Source of the DNA: Camelus ferus
Lineage: Eukaryota
Length of the DNA: 64,000 nt
NCBI RefSeq assembly: GCF_009834535.1
Contig: NC_045707.1
Span: forward strand, 12,586,001 to 12,650,000
Direction of reading: 5' to 3'
How positions within the stretch are numbered: position 1 is the first letter of the stretch; each line of letters begins with the position of its first letter. Under the pieces are notes generated by a model. That model did not search any database and was not told where the DNA came from. It saw nothing but the letters and a program-made list of their open reading frames with translations. Positions 22,751 to 35,870 of the stretch are shown one piece after another. The translations under genes and the position numbers were made by a program.

Positions 22751-24859
22751 AGAATGGATCTATTCTGCCAACTTGGCCACTTGCCTACCTCCCCCTGGAA
22801 AAGAAGGGCCAGGAGGACTGCCCAGTGATCTGGTGGGAATTCCTAGCCTGTGACCAGAGCTCTCAGCCAGTGCTCCTATGGAGTGAGAACCAAGACCAGG
22901 GTTGCTGGGAGCCCCTGTGGTCTGGAGCCTCCAAGGGGCCTCCTAGGGTTGAAAGGGAGAAGCCTGCAAGGGTGCTTTGGTAGAGAGTCTTAAAACAATA
23001 CTCAAAGTGTTCCAAAGTTGACCTGCTTTTTAGCATCCTCATGAGCCCAGCAGCTCTAAAGAACGTTAGACATAAAATATTCCTCCCTTCAAATCTTTAT
23101 TGTTTTAAACAATACTGTGGTCACTACTGAGTTTTAGTAGCATATGCGTATGTTTCCAATTAGCAACTTGTATTATCCTTTCCCCTTCAGTGAACATATT
23201 GTGTATAGAAGTTAATTTAGAGGACTTCAGCTTGATGGTTGGCAGACAAGCTTTCCTTGGGAGGGTAACCGTGTCATGCTTGGGTATCACGAGTGGTCTT
23301 CAGAGCTCAGGCCTGGGCAGTTAAGGTCTCCTCTCCCTGTTACAACACATATTTCTCCCTTTAAGTAGTAGATTTGAGATGAAAAATGATACCAGAGCAA
23401 TTGTAACAGGAAGAAACAGAACTTGAGTTCTCTTAACTCTTTTTTTTCTACCTGACCACTGAGAGTCTTTGCGTCTAACATCTAAAATAGTGAAGTAGGG
23501 CAAACTGCAAAGTAATTGTTTTGTTGAAAGGTTTTGTTGGTGCAAACTTTATTTCATGTGTGAATTATTTGACTGAATTTGAATATTTTTAAGATTGAAA
23601 ATTATTATTTAGAAGCCACAAATTTAACGGCTAGTTAGAAGTAAAGAATAAGTCAATAAAGTAATCATTATTGCTGCTTATTCCATGATTATTACTGACA
23701 ATCATACTGCTCTATAGAAGAGCGGGTGCTAACAAAAGATCTACTCAGGGGCCAGATTCTTCAGGTCGGTGCAAACATTTCGTATTTCGGCATATTTTGC
23801 TTAATTGCCTGCCTCGAAAGTGCATTCTCTTAGAATGCTGGCCAGTGAGGGAAGGAACTGTCTCCTTTGTTCACTGTCATGTCCCATGAGGTGGCAAACA
23901 TTTTGTGAATAAGTAAATGAATTTACACTTTCTCCAATGGATTATGAATGTTTCTATTTCTGAAACCCTAGCCAGTGAAAGTTAAGTTCAACCTTTTATA
24001 TAATGGTAGCCAAGTAGGATTTATAAAGCCTGTGTTATATGGCAGGCATTATTCTGAATACTGATTTACCAAAATTATTTTGTTTAATCTTCACACCAAA
24101 GCTCTGAGTCAAGTGCTATTATTTATTCCAGTTTTACAGGCAAAGAAACTGAGGCACGAAGGGCTACATGTTTAGAAAGTGGTGGGGCTGAGATTCGGAT
24201 TTGGACTGTGGCTCCCACCACAGAATCTCTAAACCTTGGCCATTCTGAGATGAAAACAGATTATTGTTCTGCTGAGATTTCATTTCAGTGGTTTTAGAGG
24301 AATAGATTGTTTCATGTATTTATTGGCCACATGTATTACGGTGAACTGCCTGTTTGTGTGTTTTGGCCAATTTTTCTATTGGCTTTGTGGTATTTTCTTA
24401 TTGATTTGTAAGATATTTTTATGTTACATATGTTAACTTTTTGGGGATCATATGTTTTCTGGATTTTTTATTTTCCTTTCTATTTTGTTATTGGTAATCT
24501 TTTGCTTGTCAAAAGAATTCCATCTTTATAAGGTCTAGTATGTTTAAACTATATTGATTTCCGATAGAGTAAGTACCTTTTCTTGTGCCTTCCTTCCCCA
24601 AAATTTCTTGGTTAATTGTATGCATTTTTTTTCTAGGTGAATTTCTGAATCATTTGAAATTGACTGGGATTGCACTGATTGTATAGATTAATTGGGGCAA
24701 TGACTGGCTGGTTTATAGTTTTGAGTTTACCAATTTAGGAACAGGTTGTATTTTTTCTAGGTCCAAGTTGGAGCTGTTGTGACTTGGACTAAAACAGTGA
24801 CGGTGAAGACAGAGAAGGAAGTGGCTGGAGATATGTTTCAGAGGTAGAACTGAGCTGCT

Positions 24860-25208
24860 CTGGTGACATGTTGGACATCAGAGAGGAGGGCAGGTAGGAA
24901 TCACCTCTTGTTTTTTGGCTTGGTCACTGTGTGCCTGTTACCAATTCATGTTCTCATGTGGCAGCTGCTCTTATGCACCAGCTCTGACTTGCAGCCTCTT
25001 TCCTCATCAGCAGCTGCACATTTTTTGTGGAAGCCTTGCCCCTCCAAGGAGCTGTAAGCCTCACTGTGCAGCAGGGAGCAGGGCTCTTCCAGATTCCCCA
25101 TCCCTTCAGCCCCACAGGTAGTACCAACTGCCGGCACTGGATGCTTCTGTAACCCTTGGAGTCTCTCTTACCTACTAAGTTAACAATTCCTTTTACTCGT
25201 TAACAATT

Positions 25209-25268
<60 letters not shown>

Positions 25269-25730
25269 TTTTTCCTTTTCACATTGCCAGTGTGGTTTTT
25301 ATCTTCTGCCTGGAGCCTGATTCATGGATGTGGACGGAGATGTCATTTTCTGAGGTGAGGATGACAGGGCCAGGCTGTTTTGGTGGGTGTGTCAGTCAGG
25401 GCTCAGTGCAGAAAACAGAAACAACTCTTATGTTTTTAAGGCAGAAATGGATTTATACCATGGGATATTATAAAATTATTCGATGAGCTGATGGTGTAGG
25501 GACTGAGAGGGATGGTGAGGGGCCACTGAGCTGAAGAAGAGACTTGGTAGCTGCGACGTGAGGCCAGGAACCCGGGGTGGTGACACTTAGCTCCTGCTGC
25601 CTGCACTGCACCCTCTCTTAGCAGCTGTCTCCACTGCCTCATTTGTCTGCAGGCAAATGAGAAGACATGCTGCCTTCTCGACCTCACAAGGCTGTGCCTA
25701 ACTCAACAACTCCACTCAGAAGTTCAGCTT
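24860..25730. mobile_element. Old ERVL/MaLR-type LTR fragments
   Basis: tgtcagtcagggctcagtgcagaaaacagaaac start and gtgtggttttatcttctgcctggagcctgat end resemble MLT/LTR16-type LTRs. Family not resolved. Confidence 0.45.
25211..25273. repeat. (AT)25 microsatellite followed by T13
   Basis: Read directly. Preceded by a 12-bp direct repeat GTTAACAATTCC at 25179-25190 and 25199-25210. Confidence 0.95.
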
Positions 25731-25776
25731 CAAGTGAGAATGAAAAATTTAGTTTTTAGGTTCTAAAGTACAGAAT

Positions 25777-25903
25777 GGGGGAGGAGGTAGAGCTCAGTGG
25801 TAAAGCGCGTGCTTAGCATGCACGAAGTCCTGGGGTTCAATCCCCAGTACGTCCATTAAAAAAATAACCCAAATTACCTCCCTCCTTCACCCTGACAAAA
25901 AAA
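25777..25903 (+). mobile_element. tRNA-derived SINE (camelid Vic-1-like)
   Basis: ggggaggaggtagagctcagtggtaaagcgcgtgcttagcatgcacgaagtcctggggttcaatccccagtac, A-rich tail, TSD taaagtac(a/g)ga at 25764-25774 and 25904-25914. Confidence 0.9.
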
Positions 25904-26019
25904 TAAAGTACGGAGAGACAGAAGCGCGGGGCTTGGTGGAGGGGTCCAGGCGGAGGTGGCCTGGGAGGCATCAGCCGTCCTGGGGATTATGGGGTCATCA
26001 AATCCAGCCGCGCAGCGGG

Positions 26020-26175
26020 TTGGAGCAGAGCCACCACTCCTGTGGTGCTGTCCGCGGCCGCTTCCACGTTCTGCTACAACGGCAGAGTTGGGTAGTTGCA
26101 ACCGAGACCTCGTGACCTGCAAAGACAAAAGACGTCACTATCTGGCCCTTTACAAAAAACCTTTGCTGACCTCTG
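26020..26175 (+). mobile_element. MER58A-like hAT-Charlie element (3' part)
   Basis: gctacaacggcagagttgggtagttgcaaccgagacc...actatctggccctttacaaaaaacctttgctgacctctg matches the remembered MER58A end. Confidence 0.8.
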
Positions 26176-26699
26176 CCTTGGAGGGCGGAGCGCGAGGGCG
26201 CCGCAGCAGAGGCCGAGGGATTTGGCAGAAGGGAGCGCTCCGACGTGTGAATCATCAGGAAGTTCCAGTCTCCCAGGCTCGGCTGACTGCTTCGCGAGCT
26301 GCAGGTGCTGGGGTGCTCGGGCAGCACAGCTCCTCAAGGCTCCACCGCCCCGTGGGCGACTCTCGCGTTCGCCACCAGAGTGAATGCCGCAGACACATCC
26401 CAACCGCCTTACAGTGAAACTCCCGCATGATGAATTACCTGACGTGGTTGTTTAAAAGTGCCATTTGCAAGAAACGACACTTAGATCTGCATCCGGGTTC
26501 CTGGTGTACTTTCTCTTTATGTCGCCAGGGCCATCTCGCTGGCTTGCCCTCGGCTTACGTAATGATGGTTAGGCGTCGTTCATAGGGAATTGCGTTGCCA
26601 CCGTGTGACAGGGACTGTCCCCAAGGCTTGGCAGGGACCTGGCTCAGGCAGGTCTGGCCGGGCCCACACAGCGTCTTTTTGTAAGATAGGGGGGAGCCA

Positions 26700-27620
26700 G
26701 CAACCAGCGAGATGGAAGGAAGACCAAGAGTGGCGGCACTAGGAGGACCACGTGGAGAGTTTCAGGAGGGCTGAGGGGTCGCTGTTTAATGTCTGGAGAA
26801 GCTGAGGAAGGCCAGTCTGCCGAGGCTGGTGACATGGAGCTGTTGATGAGGAAAAAACCACGGTGAAAAGAAACAGCGCGGCCTGCGCCCCTGCACACTG
26901 AAACCCCATCCCCAAACAGCCCCTGACATGGTCTAATACGATATATAACATGCAAGCGGTTAACTTCCAGTATCTGAACCACAGCGGGGAACGGTGGTGC
27001 CAGAAACTGAGCTGGTGCCTCGGAGACCCAAGAGCAGGAAAGCCCCCAAAGCACGGAGGAAAAATACAGGGGAAGCCGTGAGGGAAAAGATAAACAGCTT
27101 GAGGAGGTATGTACCTGGCTAAACACAGGCGTTCTAGAAGGAGAAGAGGAAAGACTGGTGCTTCAGTCAACACCAGACGAGAACTCTTCTCGGCTGAAGC
27201 CAGACTGGAGTCTGTTACCTGAGGTGCTTTCTGGACCCCGGGGCGGCCTGATGGGAAAGGCGACTGTTCAGCTACAAGACAAAGATATCTTACAAGCTTC
27301 TAGGAAGAAAACCCAAATTACCTACAAAAGGAAACATCAGAGTGGAAACTGGAGGATGGCAAGATAGCAAGAAAGGTCTCCTGCAGGGAAAGACACACGC
27401 AGGGTCCTTCCCCAGGAGAGCCTCCACCTACCTGCATGGGAGGGGTGCTGGGGTGATGGGATCTCAGAGAGCAGAGCATCAGTGCCCGAGAGGAAAATCC
27501 AGGAAGAGTAGAAACAAACAGCAAATATACCAGAGCCAGACTCTGCAATGGAGTGAGAGAGGAGACGTTGTGGAGCCATGAATCTCCCCCACTTCACAAA
27601 CAGGTTCTAATAAAAATTAA
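26700..27620 (+). mobile_element. Ancient HAL1/L1M ORF1-derived remnant
   Basis: Translates DKDILQASRKKTQITYKRK (27158-27367 ORF), like the L1 ORF1p motif KEKILKAAREKxQITYKG. No intact ORF. Confidence 0.6.
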
Positions 27621-27649
27621 ACCATTTCAGTGAAACCTAGATGCTGAGG

Positions 27650-30430
27650 GAGAGGGAGACGGTAGTTCTAATTTTAGTTTTATGAGGAATTGCTATACTG
27701 TTTCCAGAGTGGCTCCACCAATTTACATTCCCACCAGCAGCGTACAAGTGTTCCCTTTTCTCCACATCCTCGCCAACACTTGTTATTGCTTAGCTCTTTG
27801 TTAATAGCCATTCTGACACGTGTGAGATGATATCTCACTGTGCTTTTGATTTACATTTCCCTGATGATTAATGATGTTGAGCATCTTTTCAGGTGCCTGT
27901 TGGCCATCCTTATGTGTTTTTTGGAAAAAAAAGTCTATTCAGGTCTTCTGTTTTTTTTTTCTTTTTCTCTTTTTTAAACTAAATTGTCACTGATTTACAA
28001 TATTATATTAGTTTTGAGTGTACAGCTTGGTGGTTCAGTACTTTCCTGCCAATTTTTAAATTAGGTTGTTTGGTTTTTTGATAATGAGTTGTGCAAGCTA
28101 TTTATATATTTTGGATATTAACCCCTTATCAGTCATACTATTTGCAAATGTTGTCTCCTTCAGTAGGTTGTCTTTCTCTTTTGTTGATGGTTTCCTTTGC
28201 TGTGCAAAAGTGTTTAACTTTAATTAGGTCCCATTTGTTTATTTTTGCTTTTGTTTCCATTGCCTTAGGAGACAGATCTAAAAAATGTTGCTATGATTTA
28301 TGTCAAAGAGTATTCTGCCCATATTTCCTAGGAATTTTATGGTTTCTGGTCTTACATTTAGATCTTTAATTCATTTTGAGTTTATTTTTGTATGCGATGT
28401 GAGAAAATGCTCTAATTTCATTCTTTTACATGTAGCTGTCTAGTTTTCCCAGTACCACTTATTGAAGAGATTGTCTTTTCCTCATTGTATATTCTTGCCT
28501 CCTTTGTCATAAGGTAACTGACTATAAGTGCATGAGTTTATTTCTGAGCTGTTTATTCTATTCCATTGACCAATGTGTCTGTTTTTGTGCCAGTAACATA
28601 CTGTTTTGATTACTGTAGCTTTGTAGCATAGTCTGAAGTCTGGGAGCATGATTCCTCCAGCTCTGTTCTTCTTTTTCAAGATTGTTTTGGCTATTTGAGG
28701 TCTTTCGTGTTTGCATACAAGTGTTAGAATTATTTGTTCTAGTTCTGTGAAAAATGCCTTTGGTGTTTTGATAGGGATTGAGCTGAATCTGTAGAGTGCC
28801 TTGGGTAGTTCAGTCATTTTAACAATATTAATTCTTCTAATCCATGAACACAGTGTATCTTTCCATTTGTTTGTGTTGTCTTCAATTTCTTTCATCAGTG
28901 TCTTATAGTTTTTTGAGTACAAGTTTTTTACATCCTTGGTTACATTTATTCCTAGGTATTTTATTCTTTTTGATGCAATGGCAAATGGGATTACTTTCTT
29001 AATTTCTCTTTCAGATAGTTCATTGCTATTGTAAAGAAACAAAACAGATTTCTGTGTATTAATTTTGTATCCTGCAACTTTACTGAGTTCACTGATGAAT
29101 TCTAATAGTTTTTTTGGTGGTGTCTTTAGGATTTTCTATGCATAGTTTCATGTCATATGCATATGACAGTTTCACTTCTTCCTTTCCAATTTCGATTCCT
29201 TTTATTTATTTTTCTTGTCTATTTGCTGTTGCTAGAATTTCAATACTATGTTCAATAAGAGTAGTGAGAGTGGGCATCCCAAGTGGACATCAGTCTTGTG
29301 CCTGATCTTAGAGGAAGTGCTTTCAGTCTTTCACCATTGAGTGTGATGTTAGCTGTGGGCTTATGATATATGGCCTTTATTATGTTGAGGTATGTTTCCT
29401 CTATACCCATTTTGCAGAGCGTTTTAATCATAAGTGGACGTTGGATTTTGTCAAAAGCTTTTTTTCTTTTCTCTCTCTCTTATTTTTTTTTAAATTGAAG
29501 TATAGTCAGTTGATGATGTGTCAATTTCTAGTGTACAGCATAATATTTCAGTCATACATATACATACATATATTCCTTTTCATATTCTTTTTTATTATAG
29601 GTTATTATAAGGTACTGAATATAGTTCCCTGTGCTATACAGTAGAAACTTGTTGTTTATCTATTTTTATATGTAGTAGTTAGTATCTGCAAATCTTTTTT
29701 TAAACTTTTTTAAAAAATATATTTTTATTGAAGTACAGTCAGTTTACAATGTTGTGTCAATTTCTAGTGTACAGCAAAATACTTCAGTCACATAGGAACA
29801 TACATACATTTGTTCTCATATTCTTCTTCACCATAGGTTACTACAAGATATTGAATATGGTTCCCTGTGTTATACAGTAGAAACTTGTTGTTTATCTATT
29901 TTATATATGTTAATTAGCATCTGCAAATCTCAAACTCCCGATTTATCCCTTCCCACTCCTCTCCCCACTGGTAACCATAAGTTTGTTTTCTATGTCTGTG
30001 AGTCTGTTTCTGTTTTGTAAGTTACTTTATTTGTGTCTTCAAAAGCTTTTTTTGCATCTATCGAGCTAATCATAGGGTCTTTATTCTTCAGTTTGTTAAT
30101 GTGCTGCATCACGCTGACTGATCTGTGATGTTGAACAGTCCTTGCATCCTTGTGATAAGTCCACTTGATCATGGTATATGATCCTTTTACTATATTTTTT
30201 GAGTTTGGTTTGCTGTATTTTGTTGAAGACTTTGGCATCTATGTTCATCTGTAATACTGGCCTGTAATTTTCTTTTTTGTGTGATTTTTTTTCTGGTTTT
30301 GGTATCAAGGTGATGCTGGCCTCGCAGAATGAGTTTAGAAGTGTTCCTTCCTTTGCAATATTTGGAATAGTTTGAGAATAGGTGTTAACTCTTCTTTAAA
30401 TGTTTTGTAGAATTCACCTGTGAAGCCAGA
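27650..30430 (-). mobile_element. Truncated L1 (ORF2 RT/C-terminal region), disrupted, with nested younger L1 3' ends at 29466-30038
   Basis: ORF 28482-29042 = L1 ORF2 ([22 protein letters not shown]..WKDxxCSWIxRINIVKM..[15 protein letters not shown].[13 protein letters not shown]). ORF 30096-30308 gives LIPKP..ENYRP..MNIDAK. Confidence 0.92.
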
Positions 30431-30820
30431 ACCTTTTTTTTTTGTTTCTGTCCATTTTCTGCTTTTAACTATTCTTCCTTTCTTTTAGCTACCTAAAAAA
30501 GTTATTTGTTAGTTTATCAGACGCTCTTATGCCCATTTTAGATCTCCTTGGGCTGATCCACCTGTAGGGACACTTGGCAGCCACCTCCTGTAGCCACTGG
30601 CTAGAGGCACCTTGCTCCTCACCTCTGTGCATTTATGTGCAGCTGTTTGTATAGACGTAAGCCTCCATTTCTCTGGGATAAATGCCCAGGAGTGCTATCG
30701 CTGGGTATATGGTAAGTATATGTTTGTTTTTTTTAAAGAAGTTGCCAGACTTTTCCAGAGTGGTTGTACCATTTTACATTCTCACCATGTGACTTGCTTT
30801 TTTAAATCACCATCATGCTA

Positions 30821-30948
30821 GGGGAGGGTATAGCTCAAATGGTACAGTGTGTGCTTAGCATGCAAGAGGTCCTGGGTTCAATGCCCAGTACCGCCTCTAA
30901 AAATAAATAAGCAAATAAACCTCCCCCTCCTAAACAGAAAAAGAAAAA
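30821..30948 (+). mobile_element. tRNA-derived SINE (camelid Vic-1-like)
   Basis: ggggagggtatagctcaaatggtacagtgtgtgcttagcatgcaagaggtcctgggttcaatgcccagtac, A-rich tail, imperfect TSD ending tcatgct. Confidence 0.9.
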
Positions 30949-32957
30949 ACTCACTGTCATGCTGCTGAGATTCACCCACACTCTTGCTGTATCTGTATTT
31001 TCACTGTTTATAGCAGAAAATACCAGCCAGTGAGATGAGGCACAGTGGGGTGTCACAAATGAATTACAGATGTGCCTTGAGCTAGTAATGGACGTCTGTT
31101 TTCTGCGGAGGTAAATTATAATCTAGTTTTTAAATAGTTACTTAAAAGTTTACTCGGTTTAGTTTACTCTTGAACAATTTCTGAGGCTCCTCCATAAACT
31201 CAAGTCATTATTTTGGAAGAAGTGGTGCATAGCACCCACCCCCAGAGGGCGCTCTGTACACGCCACGCCCCCCCAAGACTTCCCTACTGTTTGCTCAGTT
31301 TGCCTAATTATTAGCCAGGATTTGTTTATCATTGGTGAACTTTTCTGTAATATTTATCAAGGATGAAATTTAGGTTTTTAAAAAAATTTACTTTGTTCTA
31401 TTTGTCACAAATTTAAGAACAAATACATATGGTTTGTATGACTTCTACCTTCAACGCTACCACTGCTGTCATGGGAGGCACCCTCCTCTTCTCCATCTGC
31501 TCTGTACTCAGTGCTTCTAAATAAAATATAATTAATTTTATTTGTTTTCTCAACTGTTACTTCTTGATTACTTGTTTAGTTATTACATATTGGTTGTTGA
31601 TGTTAAGCATTAGCCTATTGATTATTAATGGGATTTCTCAGTTGTTGACCGCGAGGGTAGACGTTCCTTCCCTCTTCAGGTGGCTTAGCTGAGAACAGAC
31701 CCGTCGGACTGACCGTGTCTCATCAAGACCTTGGCTGCCGTCGGTGTCCAGTGCCAGGACTGTCACGTGCAGCCTTGGTTCTTGGTAGGCGCTCTCCTGG
31801 GGGCTGTTCCTGGGCCTGGATGTACTTTGACTCATTTCTGGTTACTTGGAGAAGCTAGCTATGCCTAGTCCCTCTTTGGGGAGCCTGCAGATGTGTAATG
31901 TGACGCGTGCTTCTGGTCACCCTGGCTGTTGCGACCTTACATGGTGTCTTCAGAACATCTACGACTGGCCTGTGCTGCAGAATGATGATAGTTTGGGGAC
32001 TGTGTGTTAATTTTTATCATTTTAACCATCTGTAAGGGTACAGTTCAGTGGCACTTAATACATTCACAATGCTATGTGCCCATCACCATAGTCTACACCC
32101 CAAACTATCATCGTTGCTAAGATAAACTCTGTCCCCACTAAACAGTAAGTCCTCATTCCCCTCCCCCAGCCCTTTGTAACCTCTGATCTACTTTCAGTCT
32201 CTATGAATTTGACTACATTAGGTACCTTGTATGAGGGAAGTCATGCAATATTTGCCCTTTTGTGTCTGGCTTATTTCATTGATCATGAGGTTTCCAAGTT
32301 TTATCCATGTTGTAGAGTGTGTCAGAATTTCCTTCCTTTAATGGCTGATCCAGTGTGTGCATAGATCACAATTTATTTATCCATTTGTTGAACATTTGGG
32401 CTGTTTCTTCCTTTTGACTATTCTGAATAATGCTGCTATGAACGTGTGTATACATATATTTACGTACCTGTTTTTATTCTTTTAGATGTGTACCTAAAAT
32501 TGCTGGATTATATAGTAATTTCATGTTTAGCTTTTTCAGACTCTGCCAAATTGTTTTCCACAGTGCTTGAACAATTTTACATTCCCACCAGCAATATATG
32601 AGAGTTCTAGTTTACACACATCCTCACCAATAATTTTTTTTAAAATTGTTAACTTATTTAGCTTTATTTTTTGGTATTAACTGATTACTTAACTATTCTA
32701 AGATCATGAGGGTGTAAACAAAAGTATTTGGCTTATAGCCTCCTTAATGGCCCTTTGTTTTCCTATTCATGGCTCACTCACCAACACTTTAATTTTCTAT
32801 TTTTTTAATTTATAGTCACCCTAGTGGATGTGAAGTGGCATCTCATTGTGGCTTTGATTTGCATTTCCCTAATGATGCTGAGCATCTTTTCACATGAGTG
32901 CTGGTCATTTGCATTTCTTCTCTGGAGAAATGTCCATTCAGGTCCTTTGCCCATTAA

Positions 32958-33113
32958 NNNNNNNNNNNNNNNNNNNNNNNNNNNNNNNNNNNNNNNNNNN
33001 NNNNNNNNNNNNNNNNNNNNNNNNNNNNNNNNNNNNNNNNNNNNNNNNNNNNNNNNNNNNNNNNNNNNNNNNNNNNNNNNNNNNNNNNNNNNNNNNNNNN
33101 NNNNNNNNNNNNN
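32958..33113. other. Assembly gap (156 N)
   Basis: Run of N. Confidence 1.
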
Positions 33114-33180
33114 ATTGAACCCAGGACCTCATGCATGCGAAGCATGTGCTCTGCCACTGAGCTAGGACCCCCCCCCCCCA
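33114..33180 (-). mobile_element. tRNA-derived SINE, 5' part; remainder lies in the gap
   Basis: Reverse complement ggggggggtcctagctcagtggcagagcacatgcttcgcatgcatgaggtcctgggttcaat. Confidence 0.85.
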
Positions 33181-35870
33181 CTCTTTATACATTTTGGATG
33201 TTAGACCCTTATCAGAAACACAATTTGAAAATACTTTCTCCTGTTCTGCAAGTTGTTTTGTTACTTTTTAAAATAATGTCCTTTGATGCACAAAATTTTA
33301 CATTTAGTTGGTCTAATTTCTATTTTTTCTTTTATTGCTCATTTTTGTTGATGTCATATCTAAGGATCCACTGCCAAGAATACGGGTCGTGAAGGTTTAC
33401 CCCTGTGTTTTCTTCTAAGAGTTTCATGGCTTTAGGTTTCATATTTAGGTTGCTGATCCGTATTGATTTCATTTTTATGTACAGTGTGAAGTAGGGGTCC
33501 AACTTCATTCTTTTGCATGTTGATATCTAGTTGTCCTGGCACCATTTATTGGTGATGCTATTCTTTCTCCATTGAATGGTCTTGGCACCCTTGTTGAAAA
33601 TCAGTTTTTGCCATAGATGTATGGGTTTTCTTCTTTCAGTAATATTCCATTGGTTTTTATGTCCATCCTTATGCCAGTACCACACTGTTTTGAACTACTA
33701 GTAAGTTTTGAACTTGGGAAGTGTGACTCCTCCCATTTTGTTCCTTTTCAACACTGTTTTGGCTATTCAGGGCCCCTTGCAATTCCATATGAACTTCAGG
33801 ATTGGCTTTGCCATTTCTACAAAAATGGCCATTTTGATAGAACTTGCTTAAGTCTGAAGATTGCTTTGAATAGAATTAACATCTTAATGATATTGTCTTC
33901 CAATCCACGAATATGGGATGTCTTTCCATTTATTTATGCCTTTAGTTTCTTTCAGCAGTGTTTTATAGTTTTCAGCATACAAGCCTTTTATGTCCTTGAT
34001 TTGATGTATTCCCAAGTATTTAATTCTTTTAAATAATATTGTTAAGTGGAATTACTTTCTTAGTTTTCTTTTTAGATTGTTCATTGCTGGTGTATACAAA
34101 CAACTGATTTTTATATGTTGATCTTGTATTTTGTAATTTTGCTGAATTTATTAACTCTAACTGCTTTCTTATTGATTCCTTGGGATAATCTATGTATAAG
34201 ATCATGTCATCTGTAAATAGAGTTAGTTTTACCTCTTCCTTTAGTATTTGTATGCCTTTTTATTTCTTTTTCCTCACTAATAGCTCTGGTTAGAACCTCC
34301 AGTACAATGTCGAGTAACAGCAGTGAACATGGACATTCTTTCCTTATTCTTGATTTACGAGGAATGAACATTTTCAATCTTTCACCATTATGTTAGCCAC
34401 AAGTTTTCCTTAAATGCCCTTTATGGTGTTGAAGTGGTTCCCCTTGATTTCTAGTTTGCTGAGTGTTGTTGTTGTTGTTTTTGTTGTTTTTTAAATCAGG
34501 AAAGGGTATTGGATTTTGTAGTTGTCTTTCTCTGTTGTTTGAGATGATCATGTGCTTCCCCTCTTTGTTCTGTTAATGTACTCTAGTACATGAACACTGT
34601 CTAATAATGAATGTATTCTAATCAATGTATTACATTGATTGATTTTTCTTATGTTGAAGCATTTTTGCATTCCTGGGATAAATCCCATCTGGTCATGGTA
34701 TATATAGTCCTTTTAATACGCTGTTGGATTTAGTTTGCTAGTATTTTGTTGATTTTTGCATCTGTATTCTTAAGGGATATTGGTTTATAATTTTCTTTTC
34801 TTGTGATATTTTCACCTGGCTTTGATATCAAGGGGGGTAATGCTGGCCTCACAAAATGAGTTAGAAAGTGTTCCCACCTCGTAAATTTTTTGGAAGAGTT
34901 TCAGAAAAATTGGTTTTAATACTTAAAATGTTTGGTAAAATTCACCAGTGAAGTTATCTGGCCCAGGAATTTTCTTTGTTGGGAGGTTTCTTGTTTTTTT
35001 TTTTTTTTGTATTTATCTGGGGCATTGTTTTATTTATTCTAGGATTTACATTTCAAGTGCCTTTCGCCTTTGATAAGAAATTCTGAAAAGAGAATCCACT
35101 TTCATAGAGCCAGATAAACTCAAACATTGATCAGAGCTAGACCATATAAAAGACATTTTAGGATATTTATAGAATTCACATGCTCTTTTCTAAAAGTCCA
35201 GGAACACTGGCTTCTTGGTGGGCCTAGTTTACTTTTATCTTAGTTCCTCTAGAACCTGGCTGATCTTATGTTGCATACAGTTTATAATTTAAACATATCC
35301 TAAGCTTTGTATTTCAAACTCAAAGCATGATTCAAACATAGTAAACTGTGTGAATCAGTTCTGAAATTTAACTTTCCTACTAACAGATTGCAGTTCTTTG
35401 AAATCTGAGATTCTTTGAGCTATGGACATTATAGCAGTGGGAAGTGAGTTATAGTCTTACATTCTGATTAATTCATACATCTTAAAAATAATTTGATATA
35501 ATTATTTGACATACAACAAATTGCACATATTTAAAGTGTAATTTGATATGTTTTGAAATACGTGTTGCAGAATGTTTCATTCAGTCCAAAGTAACTTCTC
35601 ATTTTTCTTTTGATACCATCTTTGACTTATGGGCTTGCTGGGAAGTTTTAAATTACTAATTCAAGCTCTTTACTTGTTATAAGATCTGTTGAGATTTTTT
35701 ATTTCTTCCGTGTCTGTTTTGGTAGTTTGTGTGTTTCCAGGAATTTGTCCATTTCATCTAGGTCATCTAATTTGTTGGTATATAATTGTTCATAGTATTT
35801 TCTTATAATCCTTTTCCTTTTCCTGTAAAATCAAGAGTAATGTTCCCATTTTTGTTTCTGGTTTTAGATA

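Noticed and set aside
25777-25850. tRNA-gene-like sequences (also 3984, 30821, 33114)
   Set aside because: They have A-rich tails, TSDs and multiple diverged copies, so they are SINEs rather than tRNA genes.
28482-29042. 186-aa ORF as a host gene (likewise 51124-51393 and 51397-51825)
   Set aside because: L1 ORF2/ORF1 fragments from disrupted elements, with no autonomous L1 in the window.
32824-33192. ORFs spanning N runs (also 52886-53240)
   Set aside because: Artefacts of assembly gaps.
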